NCBI GenBank assembly: GCA_900316975.1
Contig: ONFA01000008.1
Span: 4,164-68,163 of the forward strand
From: an uncultured Prevotellaceae bacterium
Lineage (GTDB): Bacteria > Bacteroidota > Bacteroidia > Bacteroidales > Bacteroidaceae
Direction of reading: 5' to 3'
DNA: 64,000 nucleotides
Part shown: positions 1-12,307 of the stretch, piece by piece
How positions within the stretch are numbered: the first letter of the stretch is position 1
Layout of the letters: each line of letters starts with the position of its first letter
Translations under genes and position numbers: made by a program
Notes under the pieces: model-generated
Database searches by the model: none
What the model saw: only the letters and a program-made list of their open reading frames with translations
What the model was told of the DNA's origin: nothing

Positions 1-43
1 TCCTCTTGTCAGGATATGTGTCGAAGAAAGGTCATGCTACTGT

Positions 44-95
44 CAAAGTATCGGCTTTAACTCCTAAACGTAGCGATAACTCCTTTAACTTCTTT
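44..95 (+). repeat. Dispersed intergenic repeat family A, copy 1
   Basis: caaaGTATCGGCTTTAACTCCTaaaCGtAGCGATAACTCCTTTAACTTC is the reverse complement of near-identical strings inside 38805-38920 and 45554-45722. All three copies have the same orientation relative to the downstream gene. Confidence 0.7.
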
Positions 96-160
96 TTCAA
101 TAGTCCCCTAACCATAAGACAAGTCGTCATATTTGTTGCGGGAACGAGAATTTTATTTGC

Positions 161-168
161 TATCTTTG
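161..168 (+). promoter_or_regulatory. Bacteroidota -7 promoter box TATCTTTG
   Basis: Exact match to TAnnTTTG, 25 nt upstream of the ATG at 193. Confidence 0.6.
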
Positions 169-192
169 TACCATCTAACACACGGCATTCCT

Positions 193-1113
193 ATGAATGT
201 ATTTTCTTCCACACTCTTGATAACCGTCGCACTGACAACATGCGTATCCATTGTTTCTGCTCAGAACAAAAGTGGCGGCATCTCGTTGAGACAGGCGACG
301 GGCAGCACTCCTACAGAGACGCTGATGAGGAACACACCACACTCGCAGAGTGGCACTCCAGAACTGACGAGGCTGGTGGGGGTGCTGAAGGACATCTATG
401 TGGAGGATTGGGGAGAACTGGTCTTGCTGGATGCAGGTAACATTGCCTTATACAACGATGCATCAATAAGGTCGGGTATTATGGAAACGAAGAGGAGAAA
501 TCTCACCATTGAGGGTCCTGTGGTGTTGCCCTGTTTCGGTAGGCAGAACGGGTGGTTTGCGGTGGAACATCCAACGGAGAACACAGTGGGATGGGTCAGC
601 GGAAATTACGTGCGGAGGGCTGGGCAGACACCCATTGCCGAGAGCCAACAGAACCGAATGTATCAGTTCGGAGAATGGGAGATGCTATGTGTGGCTGTGA
701 ATCAGGAAACAGGGCTTGCTTTGGGATATATACAGCGAAAAAGGAAAGCCGCCATCAATGGTAAGCCTCTCCGTCAAATCGCGATGGGCAAAGTACTCAA
801 CGATGCCTTTGTTTTCCATTATTTTGTGAATGTCGATATCATCCGCAGAGACAGAAAGAACAACTCTGGCTTCACTGCCGTCTGGCAGCCCAAAAGCCAG
901 ATGTTTGACATTCGTGTGGGGACAGACCTGCTGATTCCTAAATATTCGCACCTCAACATGATTGACCTCCAACGACTTCCCTCATCTGTCATTGAACAAC
1001 TTTTCGGGGACATCATCAAGGATGCAGAACCGTTGGATGCACATTCCTACCTCTTTGTGACCAGTGAACTGCTGAGTGAGGAGAACGAAGACAGAAGCAT
1101 TCACTGGTGGTGA
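193..1113 (+). CDS. Secreted hypothetical protein (possible SH3b-like segment)
   Basis: ORF 133..1113 starts at TTG and overlaps the -7 box, so I trimmed it to the first ATG. Signal peptide MNVFSSTLLITVALTTCVSIVSAQ. GWFAVEH..GWVSGNYV looks SH3b-like. No catalytic motif recognised. Confidence 0.6.
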   Translation: MNVFSSTLLITVALTTCVSIVSAQNKSGGISLRQATGSTPTETLMRNTPHSQSGTPELTRLVGVLKDIYVEDWGELVLLDAGNIALYNDASIRSGIMETKRRNLTIEGPVVLPCFGRQNGWFAVEHPTENTVGWVSGNYVRRAGQTPIAESQQNRMYQFGEWEMLCVAVNQETGLALGYIQRKRKAAINGKPLRQIAMGKVLNDAFVFHYFVNVDIIRRDRKNNSGFTAVWQPKSQMFDIRVGTDLLIPKYSHLNMIDLQRLPSSVIEQLFGDIIKDAEPLDAHSYLFVTSELLSEENEDRSIHWW

Positions 1114-1125
1114 TTGAGAATTGAA

Positions 1126-1343
1126 AGTGAATAGTGAAAAGTGAATAGTGAAAAATCTAAGTTACTTTTAGGAGTTAAAAGGAGATAGAACAAGACAGAA
1201 GGAGATAAAGGACATTTGTTTTGTGGCAGAAACAGGACAGACAGAGTATTGTCCTCTATCTTCCGCCGCTGAAAAGCGGCTATCTTCCTTTATCTCCCTT
1301 TAACTCCTTTTTTAGACTCTTCACTTTTAACTTTTAGTTTTAG
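1126..1343. repeat. Large imperfect palindromic element between convergent genes (likely bidirectional terminator region)
   Basis: The left arm is heptads AGTGAAT/AGTGAAA followed by aaatctaagttacttttaggagttaaaaggagata. The right arm tatctccctttaactccttttttagactcttcacttttaac is its imperfect complement. The central hairpin is GCCGCT-gaaa-AGCGGC at 1265-1280. Confidence 0.7.
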
Positions 1344-1358
1344 TTAAATGATTGTGTA

Positions 1359-2012
1359 TCAAGTTGCAGAATGAGGGTCGATGTAGCCACGGGCAATGGC
1401 CTTCACCATCAGTTCTGCCACATTGTGGGCTTCAAGTTTCTTGAACAGACTCTGCCGATGGGTTTCCACTGTATTCTCGGAGATGTAGAGTGCTGAGGCT
1501 ATCTCCAACGTTGATTTTCCCTTTGCTATTTCTTGAAGCACTTCGTTCTCTCGTTTGGTAGGGTGCTCCATTTTCGTGTTGTTCTCTGTAGCAAAACGCT
1601 TGAACTTCTGACAGAAATATTGCTCTCCCCTACTTACGGCTTTTATTGCTTCAAGCATCTGAGACAAGTCGGTCGATTTATACAGCACACCATTCACTTT
1701 CTTCTCCTGGATCGTGTTCACTATCCATATTTCTTCGTGCATCGTGTTGACAATGATGCGTGCCGCTGGGTGAATGGCACGAATACGATCTATAAAGTCA
1801 CCACCGTTCATGTCTGGCAACTCTATATCTACTATATAAATATCGTATTGCTGTTGAGGAATCCTCCTCAACAACTCGTTTGCCGAATGGAAGGCTTCAA
1901 CATGTGGATACCCTTTTTTTAGTAGAAAACCACACAAACCTTCCAATACCACATCGTGGTCATCAATAACCGCTATTGACATTACGTCATTTTTGATGCT
2001 CATTTCCTTCAT
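1359..2012 (-). CDS. LuxR/NarL-family response regulator
   Basis: REC domain (AVIDDHDVV, DIYIVDIELPDMNG) plus GerE/LuxR HTH (TKRENEVLQEIAKGKSTLEIASALYISENTVETHR). The GTG at 2021 overlaps a TACTTTTG box (2021-2028), so the ATG at 2012 or 2003 is more likely. Confidence 0.9.
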   Translation of the reverse strand: MKEMSIKNDVMSIAVIDDHDVVLEGLCGFLLKKGYPHVEAFHSANELLRRIPQQQYDIYIVDIELPDMNGGDFIDRIRAIHPAARIIVNTMHEEIWIVNTIQEKKVNGVLYKSTDLSQMLEAIKAVSRGEQYFCQKFKRFATENNTKMEHPTKRENEVLQEIAKGKSTLEIASALYISENTVETHRQSLFKKLEAHNVAELMVKAIARGYIDPHSAT

Positions 2013-2238
2013 AACAAACACAAAAGTAAGGCTTTTCCGTGAGTTTTAGGAATCTTTTCTTACATTTTTTAGCAATTAAGGATTGTAAATAGCGGATTTC
2101 CGTGACCCCAAAATGGCGAAATTGCTTTTTTGAAAGATATTTTCATTTACAATTTATCATGTACCATGTACAATTTGCCACGCGGCTTGCGCACATCGCG
2201 TTAGCCTAAACTGTACATGGTAAATGGTACATAGTAAA

Positions 2239-3741
2239 TTACTTCACTTCAAGCATAAAGAGTTGTGTACCTTCATGCTCCCGCACGATGATTTTGCCTC
2301 CGATGCTTTCAGCCCGTTGCTGCATGGTACGTAATCCAATGCCCCTCCGTTGTCCGTTGTCCATTGTCCATTGTCCGTTACTCACCACGGTCACGACAAT
2401 ATTTTCTGCCAGTTGCAACACCACCGCTATGAGTGTGGCTCCTGAATGCTTCAAGGAATTGCCCAAAGCCTCCTGCACGATTCGGTATATGCCTAAAGCC
2501 TGAGCCTTGGGTATCTTGTTCCAGTCGGCATCCACAGGCTCCGAGCGATAGGACAATTGGCATCCGTTGGCTCCATTCAGTTCTTCCACATAGTTCCGTA
2601 TGATTTCATCGAGGGTGGCATGGTCAAAGTCTGGCGGCATCAGTTCGTGCGACACCCGACGCACCTGTTCACGACTCTCAGTGAGCATCTGCATGGTTTG
2701 TGGAGTCAAACCATCTGATTGAAGTTTCATCTCGATGGCAAGCAGTTGATTGCTCACGCCATCGTGCATTTCTTTAGCCAAGCGATTGCGTTCCTCTTCC
2801 TTCCCTTCCAGATAACGTGATTCCGAATCTTCTTGGAGTTGAGTGATTCTTCGTTTGAGGCGATGCTGCCTGAACAGATAGATTCCAAGCATTCCCAACA
2901 TGACGAAAGCCAGAAGCCCACCAAGCCAAAGCAGTTGTCGATGCTGCCACCATGCCGTTTCCGTCGGCTTTTCCTGCGGGGCTTTCACCACCATCTGTTT
3001 CACTATGGTATCTCTTGCTTGGACAGAGGATTTGTCCGAGGGTTTGGCATGCAGACTGTCCTGCGCAAGTGTCAACTCTTTTTCTTCATCTGCCGAACTG
3101 CCATTTACCGCTTTCGCCTGCACCTTGGCAATATCCATGTCTGCCACTTTCTCATATTGGACAAGACCCAACTCATGTGCCAACCCCTTCCCCTTCTGCA
3201 AAAGGGGCATACCTTCCTCCACGTGACCTGCCTCCACAAGAACGTGACCCATGTAGGGGAAAATGAATGCCTGCAAGGCCTTGTCGTCCAAGCGCTGTGC
3301 CCACTTGACACTGGCACGTGCAGGCTGCACACTCTCCTTTAGATGTCCCATCTCCAACTCGTTCGTCGCCAGTGTGGCAAGCAACATGGCTGCGAAATGA
3401 CGTTGAGCATGGCCATCCATACGATTAAACTGAGGAGACTCCACCAACCGACCTGCCGCCCTCATCTGCTCCAGAGCCTCCAGTTCCGCACCCTCAGACC
3501 GCATGCTCACCCCCATAATCAGCCTCAACCTCGCTTCAGACAAGACATCCTCCTGCCGCATGACCTCAGGCAGCAACTCCTCTGCTATCGCACGAGCCTC
3601 ACTCATTCGCCCTATCTGAAAAAGTGAATCAACTCTTTCGACACGAATCCGCAAATCCTTATCCACTGCATACACTTCGACGCCACACAGCAGACAGAAC
3701 AATAAGGTCAGACCATATCTATATATCAAACAGTTTCTCAT
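2239..3741 (-). CDS. Sensor histidine kinase (TPR-like periplasmic region, HisKA_3, HATPase_c)
   Basis: TM segment LWLGGLLAFVMLGMLGIYLF. H-box ERNRLAKEMHDGVSNQL. ATPase boxes DNGQRRGIGLRTMQQRAESIGG. Start trimmed to the ATG at 3741, downstream of the -7 box at 3761-3768. Confidence 0.85.
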   Translation of the reverse strand: MRNCLIYRYGLTLLFCLLCGVEVYAVDKDLRIRVERVDSLFQIGRMSEARAIAEELLPEVMRQEDVLSEARLRLIMGVSMRSEGAELEALEQMRAAGRLVESPQFNRMDGHAQRHFAAMLLATLATNELEMGHLKESVQPARASVKWAQRLDDKALQAFIFPYMGHVLVEAGHVEEGMPLLQKGKGLAHELGLVQYEKVADMDIAKVQAKAVNGSSADEEKELTLAQDSLHAKPSDKSSVQARDTIVKQMVVKAPQEKPTETAWWQHRQLLWLGGLLAFVMLGMLGIYLFRQHRLKRRITQLQEDSESRYLEGKEEERNRLAKEMHDGVSNQLLAIEMKLQSDGLTPQTMQMLTESREQVRRVSHELMPPDFDHATLDEIIRNYVEELNGANGCQLSYRSEPVDADWNKIPKAQALGIYRIVQEALGNSLKHSGATLIAVVLQLAENIVVTVVSNGQWTMDNGQRRGIGLRTMQQRAESIGGKIIVREHEGTQLFMLEVK

Positions 3742-3760
3742 ACATTTTCCAAGAACGGCA

Positions 3761-3768
3761 CAAAGATA
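3761..3768 (-). promoter_or_regulatory. -7 promoter box TATCTTTG for the histidine kinase gene, with ctcatt-type upstream module
   Basis: The minus strand reads ..ctcatttctcatttctcaattattttccgTATCTTTG, 20 nt before the ATG at 3741. The same TTTTCCGTATCTTTG module occurs at 52945 and 55833. Confidence 0.6.
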
Positions 3769-3887
3769 CGGAAAATAATTGAGAAATGAGAAATGAGAAT
3801 TGAGAATTGCCATGCGGGTTGCATTTAACCCCAATCGGTCATTGGTTTTCCTCATTCTCAATTCCGTACCCCTCGGGTACGACACAA

Positions 3888-3927
3888 CGCACCCCTCGGG
3901 TACGATGCATCGTAGTCGAGGGGTGCG
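3888..3927 (-). terminator. Hairpin downstream of xylA
   Basis: An 11-bp stem CGCACCCCTCG / CGAGGGGTGCG encloses the palindrome tacgatgcatcgta. It lies 25 nt after the xylA stop. The T-run is weak. Confidence 0.55.
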
Positions 3928-3951
3928 GCCCTATGAAAAAAAGTATTTTCT

Positions 3952-5265
3952 TTATGCGTACATGGCAACGATTGCCTCGTAGAGTTCCTGCTTGCCAGAA
4001 GTCTGCTTGGGTTCGCCAACCTTCTTGCCGTACTCGTAAACCTGCTCGAGAGTGAGTTTGCCATCCTCGAAGTCCTTACCGATACCGCTGTCGAAGGAAG
4101 CGTAACGAGCCTTCTTCATCGCGCAGTATGGAGACTCCTCAAGGAGTTTAGCAGCAGACTCAAGAGCGCGAGCCATAGCGTCCATACCAGAGATGTGAGC
4201 GATGATGATGTCCTCGAGGTCGGTAGAGTTACGACGAGTCTTAGCGTCGAAGTTCGTACCACCAGTGCCGAGACCACCGCCACGGATGATTTCCATCCAA
4301 GCCTGAGTGAGTTCGTAGTTGTCAATTGGGAACTGGTCTGTATCCCAACCATTCTGGTAGTCACCACGGTTAGCGTCGATAGAACCGAGCATGCCAGCGT
4401 CAACTGCACAAGCGAGTTCGTGCTCGAAGGTGTGACCTGCGAGTGTAGCGTGGTTCACCTCGATGTTCACCTTGAAGTCCTTGTCAAGGTTGTGAGCCTT
4501 CAAGAAACCGATGACAGTCTCAGTGTCAACGTCATACTGGTGCTTAGATGGCTCCATTGGTTTTGGCTCGATGAGGAAAGTACCCTTGAAGCCCTTGCCA
4601 CGAGCATAGTCGCGAGCCATAGTGAGCATAGTAGCCATGTGCTCCTTCTCACGCTTCTGGTCTGTGTTCAGAAGGCTCATGTAACCTTCACGACCGCCCC
4701 AGAATACATAGTTCTCAGCACCGAGTTTGATACCTGCGTCGATAGCGTTCTTGATCTGAACGATAGCGCGAGCCACCACGTCGAAGTCTGGGTTAGTAGA
4801 AGCACCATTCATGTAACGGCCATTACCAAACACGTTAGCAGTTGACCACAACAGTTTGATGCCTGTCTCCTTCATCTTCACAGCGAGGTAGTCAGTGATT
4901 TCCTTGAGGTTTGCCTCATACTCCTCAACAGATGCACCCTCTGAAACGAGGTCAACATCGTGGAAGCAGAAGTATGGGATGCCGAGTTTCTGCATGATTT
5001 CGAAACCAGCGTCAGCCTTATTCTTTGCGATTTCAACGGCATTAGCACCTTCGTTCCAAGGGAACTTCTTAGTACCACCACCGAACTGGTCGCCACCTTC
5101 TGCACAGAGTGTGTGCCACCATGCCATAGCGAAGCGAAGCCAATCTTTCATTGGCTTGCCCATGATCACCTTCTCGGCGTCATAGTAATGGAATGCCATT
5201 GGATTCTTTGAATCCTTGCCTTCGAACTTGATTTTACCAATCTCTGGGAAAAATTCTTTAGCCAT
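3952..5265 (-). CDS. xylA: Xylose isomerase
   Basis: 437 aa. MAKEFFPEIGKIKFEGKDSKNPMAFHYYDAEK, FCFHDVD, WGGREGY and EPKPMEP are hallmark XylA strings. Confidence 0.97.
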   Translation of the reverse strand: MAKEFFPEIGKIKFEGKDSKNPMAFHYYDAEKVIMGKPMKDWLRFAMAWWHTLCAEGGDQFGGGTKKFPWNEGANAVEIAKNKADAGFEIMQKLGIPYFCFHDVDLVSEGASVEEYEANLKEITDYLAVKMKETGIKLLWSTANVFGNGRYMNGASTNPDFDVVARAIVQIKNAIDAGIKLGAENYVFWGGREGYMSLLNTDQKREKEHMATMLTMARDYARGKGFKGTFLIEPKPMEPSKHQYDVDTETVIGFLKAHNLDKDFKVNIEVNHATLAGHTFEHELACAVDAGMLGSIDANRGDYQNGWDTDQFPIDNYELTQAWMEIIRGGGLGTGGTNFDAKTRRNSTDLEDIIIAHISGMDAMARALESAAKLLEESPYCAMKKARYASFDSGIGKDFEDGKLTLEQVYEYGKKVGEPKQTSGKQELYEAIVAMYA

Positions 5266-5440
5266 AATTTTAGATTTTTTTGTTTAACTTTACTTTGTTT
5301 GTACTAATAAATATATGTGATATACTTACTTTCGTGGTTAGAGTTTTGAATTCAAGAATAGGGGTTAGTTTTTTTGAGTTCAGTAATTAGAGGTTAGAGG
5401 GTTGCGTATTGTTGGGGGACGAGCCTTTCTTCACTCCTCA

Positions 5441-6151
5441 TCACTTCACCCTCCTCCGCTTAAACTTATAATACCTTGCCGCGCGATGCTTCACTCCATC
5501 TTCCTTCTCTTCGAGCGGCACCACGTATGGCATCGCCGCCAACTTCTTATGGAAATTCTTCACATCAAGCCTCACCCCTCTCACCGTTTCCATCACCACC
5601 CTCAACTGAGCCGCTGTAAACTTCCTTGGCAGCAAGTCGAAAAGGAGGGTCGGGTCGAGCGTTGCTTTCTGTTTCACTGATTCAATCGCTTCACGCACAA
5701 TGTCATTGTGGTCAAAAGCCAATCGCGGCAGTTCACTCACAGGAATCCATTGCGCCTCATATCCACCCTGCAACTTCGTCATTCGACGGTCAATGCGCAA
5801 CAACGACAAGTATGCGATTGTGACAATACGTTCAATATGACTGTTTTCCACATGGTGAAACCGTTCCAGCCACACGCTGTCGGCAGGGTTCTTCAAGCGG
5901 TCTGTGCCGCCAAAAGCCTTCAACTGCATCATGTTCACCTGCACCAATCCTGTCATCTGGCATAGCACCCGCTGTGCTGCCTCGTCCAAGTTTTCATCCA
6001 TATAAATCAAACTGCCCGGCAGTTTATGTATCCCCGCATCCTCACCTTCACCTTTCCCATTCTGCCGCACAATGAGTGCATTGAGTTGCTCTCCATCAAA
6101 TCCAAGGAGCACACAATCCACCGAAACGTATGGATTAACAACATCGTTCAT
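5441..6151 (-). CDS. NrtR/AraR-type Nudix-related transcriptional regulator (candidate xylose regulon regulator)
   Basis: Nudix-fold N-terminus (VSVDCVLLGFDGEQLNALIVRQ) plus a C-terminal winged-helix-like region (FTAAQLRVVMETVRGVRLDVKNFHKKL). It sits directly upstream of xylA on the same strand. Confidence 0.7.
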   Translation of the reverse strand: MNDVVNPYVSVDCVLLGFDGEQLNALIVRQNGKGEGEDAGIHKLPGSLIYMDENLDEAAQRVLCQMTGLVQVNMMQLKAFGGTDRLKNPADSVWLERFHHVENSHIERIVTIAYLSLLRIDRRMTKLQGGYEAQWIPVSELPRLAFDHNDIVREAIESVKQKATLDPTLLFDLLPRKFTAAQLRVVMETVRGVRLDVKNFHKKLAAMPYVVPLEEKEDGVKHRAARYYKFKRRRVK

Positions 6152-6157
6152 GGGTTG

Positions 6158-6165
6158 CAAAGTTA
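6158..6165 (-). promoter_or_regulatory. -7 box TAACTTTG only 6 nt upstream of the regulator ATG (near-leaderless)
   Basis: The plus strand reads caaagtta at 6158-6165. The ATG complement is at 6149-6151. Confidence 0.5.
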
Positions 6166-6261
6166 TACCTTTATTTTAAATCACCAAAGAAAAAACAAAC
6201 TTTTTTTTGTTTTTTTACAAACTTTTTATCAAACAGTTACTTTTCTTACTTCCTACGATAA

Positions 6262-6993
6262 CTAATTGTTCACCTCGTTCGTCAATGTGAGTGAAAGCAC
6301 ATTGCCTGTTGCATGGATTTCGTCAAACAATGCAATGAAATCAGTCTTGTCTTGACTCCTCACCATAAAATTGATGGTCGTAGTGCCCAAAGTATAGTCA
6401 TAACGGAAAAACTCATCAGAGATATGGACGTGGTAGTTTGTGAAGAACTGACGGAACGGAGAAGCGTCCGTCACGATATAATTCACCTTCAGACGCACAA
6501 TCTTTTGTTCTTTTCCCCTAAACAACTTTTTCTCACATAGTTCCAGCAATGTCAACACCAATATAATCAGTACACTTGCGATAACTGCCACCCAATACAT
6601 TCCCGCACCGACCGCTAAACCAATTGATGCTGTCATCCACATGCCTGCAGCCGTGGTCAGTCCACGTACCGACCCCTTCATTTGTATGATGGCTCCTGCA
6701 CCTAAAAAGCCGATGCCTGAAATGACCTGCGCCGCAATACGCCCTGGGTCGCCATTCTTCAGTCCGAGATACTCCTGCGGGATGTAAATGGACACCAGCA
6801 TCGCCAACGTGGCTCCCATGGAAATAAGCGCAAATGTCCGCATTCCTGCTATCTGCCCTTTGTGACGACGTTCCAGTCCAACCATAGCGCCCAGCACCAT
6901 GCTCAGCAAGAGTTTGAACACAGAACCGACAAAGTTCACGTCTTCGTCGTTCACCTGCTCCAGCCAATTGGTTATGCCAAACATTTCTTCCAT
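6262..6993 (-). CDS. MgtC/SapB family membrane protein
   Basis: LLLSMVLGAMVGLERRHKGQIAGMRTFALISMGATLAM, with 4-5 TM helices and a soluble C-terminal domain. Confidence 0.85.
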   Translation of the reverse strand: MEEMFGITNWLEQVNDEDVNFVGSVFKLLLSMVLGAMVGLERRHKGQIAGMRTFALISMGATLAMLVSIYIPQEYLGLKNGDPGRIAAQVISGIGFLGAGAIIQMKGSVRGLTTAAGMWMTASIGLAVGAGMYWVAVIASVLIILVLTLLELCEKKLFRGKEQKIVRLKVNYIVTDASPFRQFFTNYHVHISDEFFRYDYTLGTTTINFMVRSQDKTDFIALFDEIHATGNVLSLTLTNEVNN

Positions 6994-7016
6994 ACGCCAT
7001 TCTATTTAAAACCAAA

Positions 7017-7054
7017 TTTGACGCCGCATTTGTCTGGGCAAATACGGCGTCAAA
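7017..7054 (-). terminator. Rho-independent terminator after the lipoprotein gene
   Basis: A 10-bp stem TTTGACGCCG / CGGCGTCAAA is followed on the minus strand by tttggtttt. Confidence 0.65.
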
Positions 7055-7065
7055 CTTAAAACATC

Positions 7066-7941
7066 TTACTTCAATCCTGCCCATGTCCCAATGCAGTTCT
7101 TGCACTGAGTATAGAATGCCGGGCAGTTAAACACCTTGTAGAGTTCCTGACCATCAGCCAAGAAGATTTCAGCGGAACGTTGAGTGGTGTCCCAGCCACC
7201 TCCGAGTACATAGAGATAGGTGACGAGACCCGGTGTTGCAGAGAGGTTCAACCTTTGAGGCAGGTTCACCGATGCAAGCATTTCTACCGTATAAGGCTCA
7301 TTTGCCTTATAAGCATTGGTAGGAAGAGCACCCTTCAATGTTGCAGCAGGCAGATAGCGCTGCATGTAAGTGTCGTTAGGACCAGCATAAGGAGAAGGCT
7401 CCCCGAACTTGTCTTTCAAGATGCTAACCATACTGTTTACGTTGTTCTCCACACAAAGCAGTTTGATGCACTTCAAACCGGTTTCTCTGTCGCGACCATA
7501 GATTTCCATTGCCATCGGAATCATGGCAGCTGTACCCTGAAGGCTCTTGCCCAAGAGTTCTTTATAGACAGTTTCAAACTCTTTGTAGCCAGATGGGATA
7601 TTGGTAAAAGTCACAAATGCCGTGGGGGTCAACTGAGGAACATCCAGTTTCTCATCAGCCACTCCGTCCTCGTTTTTGTCGGTACCTTCAGTATTGATGG
7701 AACCGCTCACTGTGTAAACATGAGAGCCATACGTAAGGGTGTTGCCCTCCAACTTGAAGGTCTGGGCATTCTCATTCACAAGATTAGCCCAAGAGTCTTT
7801 CGCCGTGTTGGTGTTGCTACCAGAATTACTACCAGAGTTGCTACCCTCATCATCGTCACCTCCACCGCAAGAACCGGCTGTTGTGACTGTCAGCAGCATT
7901 GCTGCTAAACCTGTTAAAAGAAATCCTTTAGTAAACTTCAT
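7066..7941 (-). CDS. Hypothetical lipoprotein (acidic post-Cys stretch suggests surface export)
   Basis: Lipobox TTAGS-C followed by GGGDDDEGSNSGSNSGSN. It has its own TATCTTTG box at 7991-7998. Confidence 0.6.
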   Translation of the reverse strand: MKFTKGFLLTGLAAMLLTVTTAGSCGGGDDDEGSNSGSNSGSNTNTAKDSWANLVNENAQTFKLEGNTLTYGSHVYTVSGSINTEGTDKNEDGVADEKLDVPQLTPTAFVTFTNIPSGYKEFETVYKELLGKSLQGTAAMIPMAMEIYGRDRETGLKCIKLLCVENNVNSMVSILKDKFGEPSPYAGPNDTYMQRYLPAATLKGALPTNAYKANEPYTVEMLASVNLPQRLNLSATPGLVTYLYVLGGGWDTTQRSAEIFLADGQELYKVFNCPAFYTQCKNCIGTWAGLK

Positions 7942-7990
7942 AATGATTTTGATAAGTTTTGTAATTATTAGAAATAGTTATAAGGAGTTA

Positions 7991-7998
7991 CAAAGATA
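7991..7998 (-). promoter_or_regulatory. -7 box TATCTTTG for the lipoprotein gene
   Basis: The plus strand reads caaagata, 50 nt upstream of the start at 7941. Confidence 0.55.
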
Positions 7999-8061
7999 TT
8001 GCTTTTTCGTTTTAACTCCAAACAATCCTGTTTCTTTTTGCCCATTTTAAGGATTTCTTTA

Positions 8062-12057
<3,996 letters not shown>

Positions 12058-12122
12058 TCAGTTTTTAGGTCGATTGTTATTCAACAGACCATTCATTCAT
12101 AAATGGAAAAGATTTGATGTTG

Positions 12123-12130
12123 CAAAGGTA
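12123..12130 (-). promoter_or_regulatory. -7 box TACCTTTG for the GH2 gene
   Basis: The plus strand reads caaaggta, 75 nt upstream of the start at 12048. Confidence 0.55.
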
Positions 12131-12259
12131 GCCATATTTCCGAAAAAGGATTATCACAAATGATACTTACTTTTTAGATTTTGATAAATATTACCCCCAA
12201 GAGAGAGGAAATAGACCAATAAAAGGGGCGGGAGCCTTGGTTCATGTGTGTGTTTTGTT

Positions 12260-12267
12260 TAACTTTG
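12260..12267 (+). promoter_or_regulatory. -7 box TAACTTTG for the CotH-like gene
   Basis: Exact TAnnTTTG, 41 nt upstream of the ATG at 12308. Confidence 0.55.
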
Positions 12268-12307
12268 CAGCAGGAATGAAAGTGAAGGTTATTCCGTACT
12301 AAAAGTT

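Noticed and set aside
6-440. 144-aa ORF at the window start, and the 133-192 extension of the first gene
   Set aside because: Both start at TTG and read through repeat family A and the TATCTTTG box. The ATG at 193 gives a clean signal peptide.
2345-2379. Five GTCCRTT heptads inside the histidine-kinase CDS as a phase-variation site
   Set aside because: The array is short and imperfect. It encodes the NGQ..DNGQ stretch around the conserved ATPase DNG box, so it is more likely constrained coding sequence than a slippage tract.
3800-4064. Several 60-82 aa ORFs around the xylA 3' end
   Set aside because: They overlap the terminator hairpins or the xylA CDS. They have no promoter boxes and no motifs.
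6533-7105. 190-aa ORF on the minus strand overlapping mgtC
   Set aside because: It is an alternative frame of the MgtC gene and the terminator region. It is Arg/Gly/His-rich and lacks any membrane or domain signature.
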